Source: Candidatus Goldiibacteriota bacterium (GTDB lineage Bacteria; Oederibacteriota; PGYV01; DYJU01). From it: a stretch of 64,000 bases of DNA. The notes beneath the pieces are model-generated. The model did no database searches. It was given only the letters and a program-made list of their open reading frames with translations, and had not been told where the DNA came from. Below are positions 56,240 through 64,000 of this stretch, in pieces. Position 1 is the first letter of the stretch. Every line of letters begins with the position of its first letter. The stretch is from contig CALHNI010000017.1 of assembly GCA_938034975.1 (NCBI GenBank), positions 5,130 through 69,129 of the forward strand, read 5' to 3'. Position numbers and translations under genes: made by a program.

Positions 56240-58840
56240 ATGCTTAATTTAATAAAAAAAATTTTTGGAACAAGAAACGAAAGAGAAATAAAAAAATTAA
56301 AGACAATAGTAGATGTTATAAATTCCTATGAAGCACAAATGGAGAAATTATCAGATAGCGAATTACGTGCAAAAACAGATGAATTTAAAGATAGATTAAC
56401 CCATGGTGAAACACTTGATGATTTATTGCCGGAAGCATTTGCAGTTGTGAGAGAAGCCAGCAAAAGGACATTGGGGCAAAGACATTTTGATGTCCAGTTA
56501 ATGGGAGGAATTGTTTTACACATGGGGAAAATTGCAGAAATGAAAACAGGTGAGGGGAAAACCCTGGTTGCAACATTACCAGTTTACTTAAATGCTTTAA
56601 CAGGGAAAGGAGTTCATGTTGTAACGGTAAATGATTATCTGGCTGAAAGAGATAGTATGGGAAAAGGAAATTTTAAAGGTATGGGTAATATTTATAGATT
56701 TTTAGGTTTAACTGTTGGATGTATAAAAAATGAAAGCACAACTGAGCAAAGAAAGGAAGCATATAACTGCGATGTGACTTATGGAACAAATAATGAATTT
56801 GGTTTTGATTATTTAAGGGATAACATGGCAGTTTCTCCTGATGAAAGGGTTCAAAGAAAACTAAATTATGCCATAGTAGATGAAGTTGATAGTATTTTAA
56901 TAGATGAAGCAAGAACTCCACTTATTATCTCTGGACCAGCAGAAGAGTCAACAGAACTTTATTATACAATTGACAGAATAATTCCAAAACTTATAAAAGA
57001 CAAGGATTATCAGGTTGATGAAAAATCACATACAGCAGTTCTTACAGAAGAAGGTATTGCAAAGGCAGAAAAATTATTAAACAAATCAAATCTTTATGAC
57101 CCGCAGAATATTGAAATAATACACCACATAAACCAGGCATTAAAAGCACATACCCTTTTTAAAAAAGATAAGGACTATATAGTAAAAGATAATAAAGTTA
57201 TTATTGTTGATGAATTTACTGGCAGGTTAATGCCTGGAAGGAGATTTTCAGATGGTTTGCATCAGGCATTGGAAGCAAAAGAAAGAGTAAAAATAGAAAG
57301 AGAAAATCAGACACTCGCAACTGTTACTTTGCAGAACTATTTCAGAATGTATGAAAAATTAGCAGGTATGACAGGAACAGCAGAAACAGAAGCTGAGGAA
57401 TTCTGGCATATTTATAAACTTGATGTAATTGTTATACCAACGCATAAGCCAATGATAAGAATTGATTATCCCGATGTTGTTTATAAAACAGAAAACGGAA
57501 AATTTAAGGCAGTTATAAATGAAATTATTGAAGCTCATAAACGCGGGCAGCCGGTTCTTGTTGGAACAACATCTATTGAAAAAAATGAAAGATTGAGTGA
57601 AATGCTAAACAGGAAAGGTATAAAGCACGAACTTTTAAATGCAAAAAATCATGCAAGGGAAGCAGAAATAATTGCGCTTGCAGGGCAAAAAGGAGCAGTA
57701 ACTGTTGCTACCAATATGGCAGGAAGGGGAACAGATATTGTATTAGGACCGGGCGTTCCTGAACTGGGTGGGTTATATGTAATTGGAACAGAAAGGCATG
57801 AGAGCAGAAGAATTGATAATCAGTTGCGCGGTCGTTCAGGCAGACAGGGCGACCCCGGGATGTCAAGATTTTTTGTATCATTAGAAGATGATTTGATGAG
57901 GATTTTTGGTTCGGATAAAATAAAAGTTTTTATGGATAAGGTTGGAATGTCAGAGGATGAAAGGGTAGAACATCCATGGCTTACCAAATCCATTGAAAGA
58001 GCACAAAAGACAGTAGAAGGGCATAACTTTTCAATAAGAAAACATCTTTTGGAATACGATGATGTTTTAAACAATCAAAGAAAACTGGTTTATGGAAGAA
58101 GGCAGCAGGTTTTAGAAGGACAAAATCTAAAAGAAACTGTTTTAAAAATGATGGAAGAAGTGATGAAAGATATAATTTATGATGCAACATCCGTAAGCAA
58201 ATATCCGGAAGAATGGGATTATAATTTACTTGAATTAAAACTTAAAGATACTTTTTCATTAAATTATAAAATTGATAAAGAAAAAACAGATATAACTAAA
58301 TTGACAACCGAAGTTTTAGAAGAAGAAATTTTTAAAAAGATTACAGAAGAATATGAAAATAAGGAAAAGGCAATTGGTAGTGAAACCTTACGAGAAATAG
58401 AACGTTATATTGTATTAAGCGTAACTGATGCCAAATGGCGGGAGCATTTGTATAATATGGATCAGCTGCGGGAAGGAATAGGATTGCGTGCTTATGCACA
58501 AAAGGATCCGCTTATAGAATATAAAAAAGAGGGTTTTTCATTGTTCCAGCAGATGATTGTTTCTTCGGAAACAGAGATAGTAACAAATCTTTTTAAAATA
58601 AAAATAGCAGACCCTTCACAATTAAAGCACAGACAAAGGACGCAAAATATCAGAGAATCAAGGCCTGATTTTGTTATACCAACGATAAAAGGAAATGAAA
58701 ATCAGGAAATGTATTATAATACATCTGAAGAGGTAAAGGTAGAAACAGTAAGAAGAGAACAACCTAAAATAGGAAGAAACGACCCATGCCCATGCGGATC
58801 AGGAAAAAAATATAAAAAATGCTGCGGGAGAAATGAATAA
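56240..58840 (+). CDS. secA: Preprotein translocase ATPase SecA
   Basis: 866 aa. Motifs [44 protein letters not shown] and [12 protein letters not shown]-terminal zinc motif [14 protein letters not shown]. Confidence 0.97.
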   Translation: MLNLIKKIFGTRNEREIKKLKTIVDVINSYEAQMEKLSDSELRAKTDEFKDRLTHGETLDDLLPEAFAVVREASKRTLGQRHFDVQLMGGIVLHMGKIAEMKTGEGKTLVATLPVYLNALTGKGVHVVTVNDYLAERDSMGKGNFKGMGNIYRFLGLTVGCIKNESTTEQRKEAYNCDVTYGTNNEFGFDYLRDNMAVSPDERVQRKLNYAIVDEVDSILIDEARTPLIISGPAEESTELYYTIDRIIPKLIKDKDYQVDEKSHTAVLTEEGIAKAEKLLNKSNLYDPQNIEIIHHINQALKAHTLFKKDKDYIVKDNKVIIVDEFTGRLMPGRRFSDGLHQALEAKERVKIERENQTLATVTLQNYFRMYEKLAGMTGTAETEAEEFWHIYKLDVIVIPTHKPMIRIDYPDVVYKTENGKFKAVINEIIEAHKRGQPVLVGTTSIEKNERLSEMLNRKGIKHELLNAKNHAREAEIIALAGQKGAVTVATNMAGRGTDIVLGPGVPELGGLYVIGTERHESRRIDNQLRGRSGRQGDPGMSRFFVSLEDDLMRIFGSDKIKVFMDKVGMSEDERVEHPWLTKSIERAQKTVEGHNFSIRKHLLEYDDVLNNQRKLVYGRRQQVLEGQNLKETVLKMMEEVMKDIIYDATSVSKYPEEWDYNLLELKLKDTFSLNYKIDKEKTDITKLTTEVLEEEIFKKITEEYENKEKAIGSETLREIERYIVLSVTDAKWREHLYNMDQLREGIGLRAYAQKDPLIEYKKEGFSLFQQMIVSSETEIVTNLFKIKIADPSQLKHRQRTQNIRESRPDFVIPTIKGNENQEMYYNTSEEVKVETVRREQPKIGRNDPCPCGSGKKYKKCCGRNE

Positions 58841-58920
58841 GAAATTTTATTATTCTTTGTTTTACAGATTCTTTTTTTAATTTGCCTGTGTAAATCTTTT
58901 TGGGGCATCACAATGTGGCA

Positions 58921-59060
58921 CCTGAAAAATGTTTTTTAAACAAATTAAAATTTTAAAACAACACTAATGTTTTATTTAAAATAAAAAAATGGTGAATAAA
59001 AGTAATGCATTATATAAAAATTTATTAAATAAAAATAATAAAAAATTTTATTTCGGAAGT
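58921..59060 (+). repeat. Family-1 intergenic repeat, copy D (degenerate H1, internal hairpin, core; no H2)
   Basis: cctgaaaaatgttttttaaa; aaaacaacactaatgtttt; core ggtgaataaaagtaatgcattatataaaaat. Confidence 0.65.
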
Positions 59061-59069
59061 ATAAAATTC

Positions 59070-59099
59070 TTGACAAATATAAATTTAATAAAATATAAT
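59070..59099 (+). promoter_or_regulatory. sigma70-type promoter (TTGACA-18-TATAAT) upstream of the ABC operon
   Basis: ttgaca aatataaatttaataaaa tataat, directly after repeat copy D and 42 nt upstream of GTG 59141 (SD aaaggag). Confidence 0.5.
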
Positions 59100-59140
59100 A
59101 AATTTCAAATGTCATTGCGGAGTAAAAAAGGAGTTTTAAT

Positions 59141-59890
59141 GTGAATGTAATTGAAGCGAAAAATGTAACAAAAATATATAAACCTCTGGATTTCTGGAAA
59201 AAAGAGAAAATAGTTGCAATAAGGAATATAAACTTAGAAATAAAAAAAGGTGAAGTTTTCGGTTTGCTTGGTTTAAATGGCGCTGGAAAAACAACATTGA
59301 TGAAAATATTTTTAGGATTACTTAAACCAACAAGCGGGACAGTCAGAATATTTAATGATACAATTGAAAACAGAAAAATAAGAGAAAGAATAGGTTATAT
59401 GTCCGAATTGCCATATTTTCCTAAATATTTAAAAGCTTATGAAATACTTGATTATTTTGCTGATTTATTTAATATAGATCCTAAAATTAAAAAAGATAAA
59501 ATAAACGAAGTTCTTGAAATAGTGCGCCTTTCAGGCAGACAAAATTTTAAAATAAAAGCTTTTTCCAAAGGAATGCAGGGCAGGTTAGGACTTGCGCAGG
59601 CATTATTAAATGACCCTGAAATTTTATTTCTTGATGAACCAATGTCAGGTTTTGACCCATTGGGTTATAAAGAAACAAGGGATATAATAATAGAACTTAA
59701 TAAAAAAGGCAAAACAATATTTTTTAACTCACATATTTTAAGTGAAGTAGAAAAAGTATGCGATAGGGTTGGAGTTTTACATAGAAAAGAAATTATTGAT
59801 GTTCAGCCAATAGATCAAATACTTAAAAAACATAAAAATCTTGAGGATTATTTTATTAATATAATAAATGATGAGAAGGTAAAAAAATGA
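59141..59890 (+). CDS. ABC transporter ATP-binding protein (ABC-2 exporter type)
   Basis: 249 aa, GTG start. Walker A GLNGAGKTT, signature-like FSKGMQGRL, Walker B ILFLDEP, H-loop NSHIL. Confidence 0.9.
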   Translation: MNVIEAKNVTKIYKPLDFWKKEKIVAIRNINLEIKKGEVFGLLGLNGAGKTTLMKIFLGLLKPTSGTVRIFNDTIENRKIRERIGYMSELPYFPKYLKAYEILDYFADLFNIDPKIKKDKINEVLEIVRLSGRQNFKIKAFSKGMQGRLGLAQALLNDPEILFLDEPMSGFDPLGYKETRDIIIELNKKGKTIFFNSHILSEVEKVCDRVGVLHRKEIIDVQPIDQILKKHKNLEDYFINIINDEKVKK

Positions 59891-60660
59891 GAAGGATACT
59901 TGCTGTTGCTGAATATATATTTAAACAGAATTTCAGGAATAAAATACTTAATGTGTTAATCATATTTGCGATTTTAAGTATTGGGTTTTCTCTGTTAATA
60001 AGTGAACTTGCAAAAGAAGTAGAAATAAGAATGACAAAAGATTTTGGTTTGTTTTCAATATCAATTTTTGCTTTTTTAACACTTGTTTTATCCCTTACAA
60101 TCCAGTTATTTGAAGAAACAGAATTAAAGACAATTTCTATGGTAATTGTAAAACCAATAACTCGCGCAGAATTTATAATAGGAAAATTTTTCGGGATAAT
60201 TTTAACAATTTTTATGAATATTTTATTTATGTTCATAATACTTATGGTAGTTATAAAAATCAGGGGTGGGGATCCATGGGACTTAAAATTATTTTTATCT
60301 GTGGCAGGAACTTTTTTAAGTTTATCAATACTTACTTCTGTTGCGTTATTTTTGTCGGTAATTACAACTTCTATACCCGGCTGCATTATATTTTTGTTTT
60401 TTACATATATACTAGGTCATTTAACTGTTCATCTTAAAAATTTACAGTATAAAATTACCAATCAGTTAGTATATAAAATCATAGATATATTATATATCAT
60501 GGTGCCTAATCTTGAATTATTTAATTTAAAAGATAAAATACATACAAACTTTTCACTTTTCACTTTTGATTACATTTTGTTAATTATTTCATACAGCATA
60601 ATTTATATTTTAATAATGCTTATTTTAACTGTAATAATATTCAATAAAAAAGAATTTTAA
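59887..60660 (+). CDS. ABC-2 family permease (NosY/YhaP-like)
   Basis: 257 aa with 6 TM helices and a 4-nt overlap with the ATPase gene. N-terminal AEYIFKQNFRNKI is typical of ABC-2 permeases. Confidence 0.78.
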   Translation: MRRILAVAEYIFKQNFRNKILNVLIIFAILSIGFSLLISELAKEVEIRMTKDFGLFSISIFAFLTLVLSLTIQLFEETELKTISMVIVKPITRAEFIIGKFFGIILTIFMNILFMFIILMVVIKIRGGDPWDLKLFLSVAGTFLSLSILTSVALFLSVITTSIPGCIIFLFFTYILGHLTVHLKNLQYKITNQLVYKIIDILYIMVPNLELFNLKDKIHTNFSLFTFDYILLIISYSIIYILIMLILTVIIFNKKEF

Positions 60661-60663
60661 AAA

Positions 60664-61359
60664 ATGGGGAAAAAAATACTAATTTCTTTTTTTATAGTGA
60701 TTTTGTTTTTTTTAATTAATTATACGAACAATAAAGCAACTGAATATCTTATGAAAAATCAGCCAAAATGGTATTTTTTAAATTTTCATTCATATAAAAA
60801 TATTAACCATGTCCTGGGAACGGCATTTGGTTTAAGGGCACTGACTTCTGATTTTTATTATATTTCTTTTTTGCAGTATTATGGGGATTTACGAAACGCC
60901 AAAACACAATATAAAGATTTAGCAAATTATTTTAATGATGCAACCGATGCTGATCCTGGTTTTGAATTTGTATATTTATTTGGAAGTGCGATACTTGCCT
61001 TTAATTTAGGCAGATATGATGAGGCAGTTAAACTTATTGAAAAAGGACTTTCCTATAATCCAAAAATGTGGAAGTTGCGTATTTATCTTGGTGCCATTGC
61101 TTACAAAGAAAAAAATGATAAGGAAAAATACATTAAATTTTTGGAAGATGCAATAAAATATGAAGACCATCCGGCAATACTTGAAAGATTGCTTGGAAAT
61201 ATTTATGAACAGATTAAATCAGCGGATGAAGCAGCAAAATACTGGGTTTCTGTCTATAAAACAACAAAAGATAAAGAAACAAAGTTACATGCATATGAAA
61301 GATTGATGTATATGATAAAAAATAAAATGATAAAAAATATTGATGAAATTATAAAATAA
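60664..61359 (+). CDS. Membrane-anchored TPR-like protein
   Basis: 231 aa. N-terminal TM helix, then helical-repeat segments (RYDEAVKLIEKGLSYNPKMWKLRIYLGAIAY; KYIKFLEDAIKYEDH). No family recognised. Confidence 0.5.
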   Translation: MGKKILISFFIVILFFLINYTNNKATEYLMKNQPKWYFLNFHSYKNINHVLGTAFGLRALTSDFYYISFLQYYGDLRNAKTQYKDLANYFNDATDADPGFEFVYLFGSAILAFNLGRYDEAVKLIEKGLSYNPKMWKLRIYLGAIAYKEKNDKEKYIKFLEDAIKYEDHPAILERLLGNIYEQIKSADEAAKYWVSVYKTTKDKETKLHAYERLMYMIKNKMIKNIDEIIK

Positions 61360-61365
61360 AATAAA

Positions 61366-64000
61366 ATGTCATATATAATAATAAAGGGTGCAAGAGAACA
61401 TAATTTAAAGAATATAAATCTTCAAATACCGCGTGACAAACTTGTGGTCATAACCGGAGTTTCCGGATCCGGTAAATCATCACTTGCTTTTGACACAATT
61501 TATGCAGAAGGTCAGAGACGTTATGTGGAGTCATTATCTGCTTATGCAAGACAATTTTTAAGTCAGATGCAAAAACCGGATGTTGATTCCATAGATGGTT
61601 TATCACCTGCTATTGCAATTGAACAAAAAAGTGCAGGGAGTAATCCGCGTTCAACCGTTGGAACCATAACAGAGGTTTATGATTATTTAAGATTGCTTTT
61701 TGCCAGATTAGGGACTCCTTATTGCCCTGAGTGTAAAATTCCAATTAAATCACAGACTGTTCAGCAAATTGTTGACAAAATTATTGAACTAAAAGCAAAT
61801 AAAAAAATAATGATACTATCGCCTGTTGTGCGTGGAAGAAAAGGTGAATATTCAAAACTTTTTTTAAAAATAAAAAAAGAAGGTTTTTTACGTATTCGTG
61901 TGGATAATAAATTTTATGATATTGAAGATAAAATAACTTTGGATAAAAATAAAAAGCATACCATTGAAATAGTAATAGACAGATTGGCAGTAAATCAGGA
62001 AAATAAATCCAGGATAACCCAATCAGTTGAACTTGCCTTAAAAATAAGTGAAGGGCTTGTAATAATTTCAGAAGAAAATAATAAAGATGAATTATTATTC
62101 AGTGAAAAACTTGCCTGTCCTAATTGCGATTTTTCAATGCCAAAATTAGAACCAAGATTTTTTTCTTTTAATAACCCTTATGGTGCCTGTCCTGAATGTA
62201 TGGGACTTGGCAGTAAAATATCCGTTGACATTGATTTGGTTATAAATCCTGAATTAAGCATCAATGACGGTGCAATAAAACCATGGAATAATCCTGATAG
62301 TTATTATTTCCATTTTTTAGATGGACTCAGCAAACATCTTAAATTCAGCCTGGATACCCCTTTTAAAGATTTGCCTGAAAAAGTTAAAAAAGCAATACTT
62401 TATGGTCTTGATGAAGAGATAAAGTTTGACTATAAATTTAAAAGATATATGGCAGAATATAAATACTATGGTGAATTTGAAGGTCTGGTTCCGTTTTTAG
62501 AAAGAAGATACAGGGAGACTGAAACAGAAAAAATACGTGATGAAATTTTTTCAAAATACATGACTGAAAAAATTTGCAATGTTTGCAATGGAAAAAGATT
62601 AAAAAAAGAATATTTAAATGTTTTTATAAATGGTAAATCAATAATTGATGTTACAGAAATGTCAATAAAAGATGCATTTAATTTTTTTAATAATTTAAAA
62701 TTAAATAATACTGAAAATCAGATAGCAAAGCATATTTTAAAAGAAATAAAAGAAAGATTGGAATTTTTAATTAATGTCGGACTTTCTTATTTGACTTTGG
62801 ACAGAAAGGCAGGGACTTTATCAGGTGGTGAATATCAGCGGATTCATCTTGCAACACAACTTGGTGTTAAATTAATGGGTGTTTTATATATTTTAGATGA
62901 ACCAAGCATAGGTTTACATCAGAGAGATAATGAAAAATTATTAAATACATTAAAAGCATTAAGAGACCTTGGAAATACTGTAATAGTAGTAGAACATGAC
63001 GAAGATACAATTTTAAACGCTGATTATATCGTTGATATAGGGCCAGGACCTGGTGTGCACGGCGGAGAAGTGGTTTTTGCAGGCGAATTGAAAGATTTGT
63101 TTAAATGTAAAGAATCAATAACATCCAGATATTTGCTTAATAAAGAAAAAATTACAATTAATAAAAATAAACGGGTATCTGATGATTTTTTAATTTTAAA
63201 AGGAGCAACCAAAAATAATTTAAAATCAATTGATGTGAAATTTCCTTTGGGGACATTAATTGCTATAACAGGAGTTTCAGGCTCTGGTAAATCATCATTA
63301 ATAATTGAAACCTTATATCCGGCATTGGTGTATTATGTTTATCAAGGATTACATAAGCCGGAAGGCTTTAAAGAATTAATAAATTGGCAGAAAATTGAAA
63401 AAGTAATAGTTATTGACCAAAGTCCTATTGGAAGGACACCGCGCTCTAATCCGGCAACATACACAGGTGTTTTTACCGAGATAAGAAAACTTTTTGCAAT
63501 GACAAAAGAATCTAAAATTCGTGGTTATGATATAGGAAGATTCAGTTTTAATGTAAAAGGCGGAAGATGCGAAGCCTGCAAAGGAGATGGTATAATTAAA
63601 ATTGAAATGCATTTTTTGCCTGATATTTATGTCCCTTGTGAAGAATGTCAGGGTAAAAGATATAACAGAGAAACTTTGGAGATACAATATAAAGGTAAAA
63701 ATATTTCTGATGTTCTTGATATGCGTGTTGAAGAAGCACTTGAATTTTTTTCTAATATACCTGCTGCAAAACGGATATTATCAACTTTAAATGATGTTGG
63801 TCTTGGATATATTAAACTTGGTCAATCAGCAACTACGTTATCAGGCGGTGAAGCACAGCGGGTTAAATTATCATCAGAACTTTGTGCTAAAAGTACTGGA
63901 AGAAGTTTATATATACTTGATGAACCAACAACAGGACTTCATTTTGCTGATATTGAAAATTTAATAAGAGTTTTGAATTTCCTTGTTGAAAAAGGAAACA
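61366..64000 (+). CDS. uvrA: Excinuclease ABC subunit A (3' end outside window)
   Basis: Absent from the ORF track because it is open at the window edge. Own translation from ATG 61366: MSYIIIKGAREHNLKNINLQIPRDKLVVITGVSGSGKSSLAFDTIYAEGQRRYVESLSAYARQFL. Later motifs in the same frame: LSGGEYQRIHLA, GVSGSGKSSL (second Walker A), CEACKGDG and LSGGEAQRVKL. Confidence 0.96.
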   Translation, partial: MSYIIIKGAREHNLKNINLQIPRDKLVVITGVSGSGKSSLAFDTIYAEGQRRYVESLSAYARQFLSQMQKPDVDSIDGLSPAIAIEQKSAGSNPRSTVGTITEVYDYLRLLFARLGTPYCPECKIPIKSQTVQQIVDKIIELKANKKIMILSPVVRGRKGEYSKLFLKIKKEGFLRIRVDNKFYDIEDKITLDKNKKHTIEIVIDRLAVNQENKSRITQSVELALKISEGLVIISEENNKDELLFSEKLACPNCDFSMPKLEPRFFSFNNPYGACPECMGLGSKISVDIDLVINPELSINDGAIKPWNNPDSYYFHFLDGLSKHLKFSLDTPFKDLPEKVKKAILYGLDEEIKFDYKFKRYMAEYKYYGEFEGLVPFLERRYRETETEKIRDEIFSKYMTEKICNVCNGKRLKKEYLNVFINGKSIIDVTEMSIKDAFNFFNNLKLNNTENQIAKHILKEIKERLEFLINVGLSYLTLDRKAGTLSGGEYQRIHLATQLGVKLMGVLYILDEPSIGLHQRDNEKLLNTLKALRDLGNTVIVVEHDEDTILNADYIVDIGPGPGVHGGEVVFAGELKDLFKCKESITSRYLLNKEKITINKNKRVSDDFLILKGATKNNLKSIDVKFPLGTLIAITGVSGSGKSSLIIETLYPALVYYVYQGLHKPEGFKELINWQKIEKVIVIDQSPIGRTPRSNPATYTGVFTEIRKLFAMTKESKIRGYDIGRFSFNVKGGRCEACKGDGIIKIEMHFLPDIYVPCEECQGKRYNRETLEIQYKGKNISDVLDMRVEEALEFFSNIPAAKRILSTLNDVGLGYIKLGQSATTLSGGEAQRVKLSSELCAKSTGRSLYILDEPTTGLHFADIENLIRVLNFLVEKGN

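Noticed and set aside
1805-59060. CRISPR array interpretation of the recurring hairpin repeats
   Set aside because: The copies are dispersed kilobases apart in both orientations and are not regularly spaced with unique spacers. No cas genes are present in the window.
1-64000. Mobile genetic element, prophage or defence island (transposase, integrase, restriction-modification, toxin-antitoxin, Cas, retron etc.)
   Set aside because: No ORF in any frame showed motifs of integrases, transposases, nucleases/helicases of defence systems, reverse transcriptases or phage structural proteins. The only HTH resembling a transposase HTH is the C-terminal tail of the 769-aa signalling protein.

Overview
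Very AT-rich (about 30% G+C by eye) and densely coding chromosomal segment. It appears to come from a diderm bacterium (LptF/LptG and outer-membrane-type proteins are present), and I cannot assign a taxon from sequence alone. Coding content, left to right:
- parA (partial), parB, recX.
- An 18-gene, 20.5-kb co-directional array with no gap above 22 nt: alaS, ruvX, mltG, rnr, a PorQ/PorV-like OM protein, an RsbW-HAMP-PP2C-HTH fusion, hisDCBHAFI, trpEG, and FN3 and Zn-ribbon/TPR proteins.
- A 12-kb envelope glycosylation locus: Chlor_Arch_YYY/DUF2298 plus TIGR03663 GT-C pair, two NHL propellers, a Wzx-like flippase, three GT2 and a B12-radical-SAM enzyme.
- LysM protein, DUF374 protein, rel, rpmB.
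- lptG, lptF and a GT39/83 ArnT/PMT-like gene on the minus strand.
- Two giant paralogous secreted glycanases (GH9; clan GH-A/GH5-like) with Thr-rich linkers and T9SS-like C-terminal domains.
- etfBA, secA, an ABC-2 exporter, a TPR-like protein and uvrA (partial).

I found no rRNA, tRNA, CRISPR array, transposase, prophage or recognisable defence genes.

The most unusual signals are:
1. The function-unknown GT-C pair in a tight glycosylation operon, possibly linked to the Thr-rich glycanases.
2. A roughly 210-bp two-hairpin intergenic repeat family, with at least 7 copies, sitting at transcription-unit boundaries. Two copies bracket the glycanase pair.
3. A roughly 280-310-nt leader that is near-identical upstream of etfB and of an unrelated 141-aa gene, with a related module inside a 520-bp unexplained intergenic region bounded by a long-range inverted repeat.

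All family assignments come from motifs I recognised in the translations. No database search was run.
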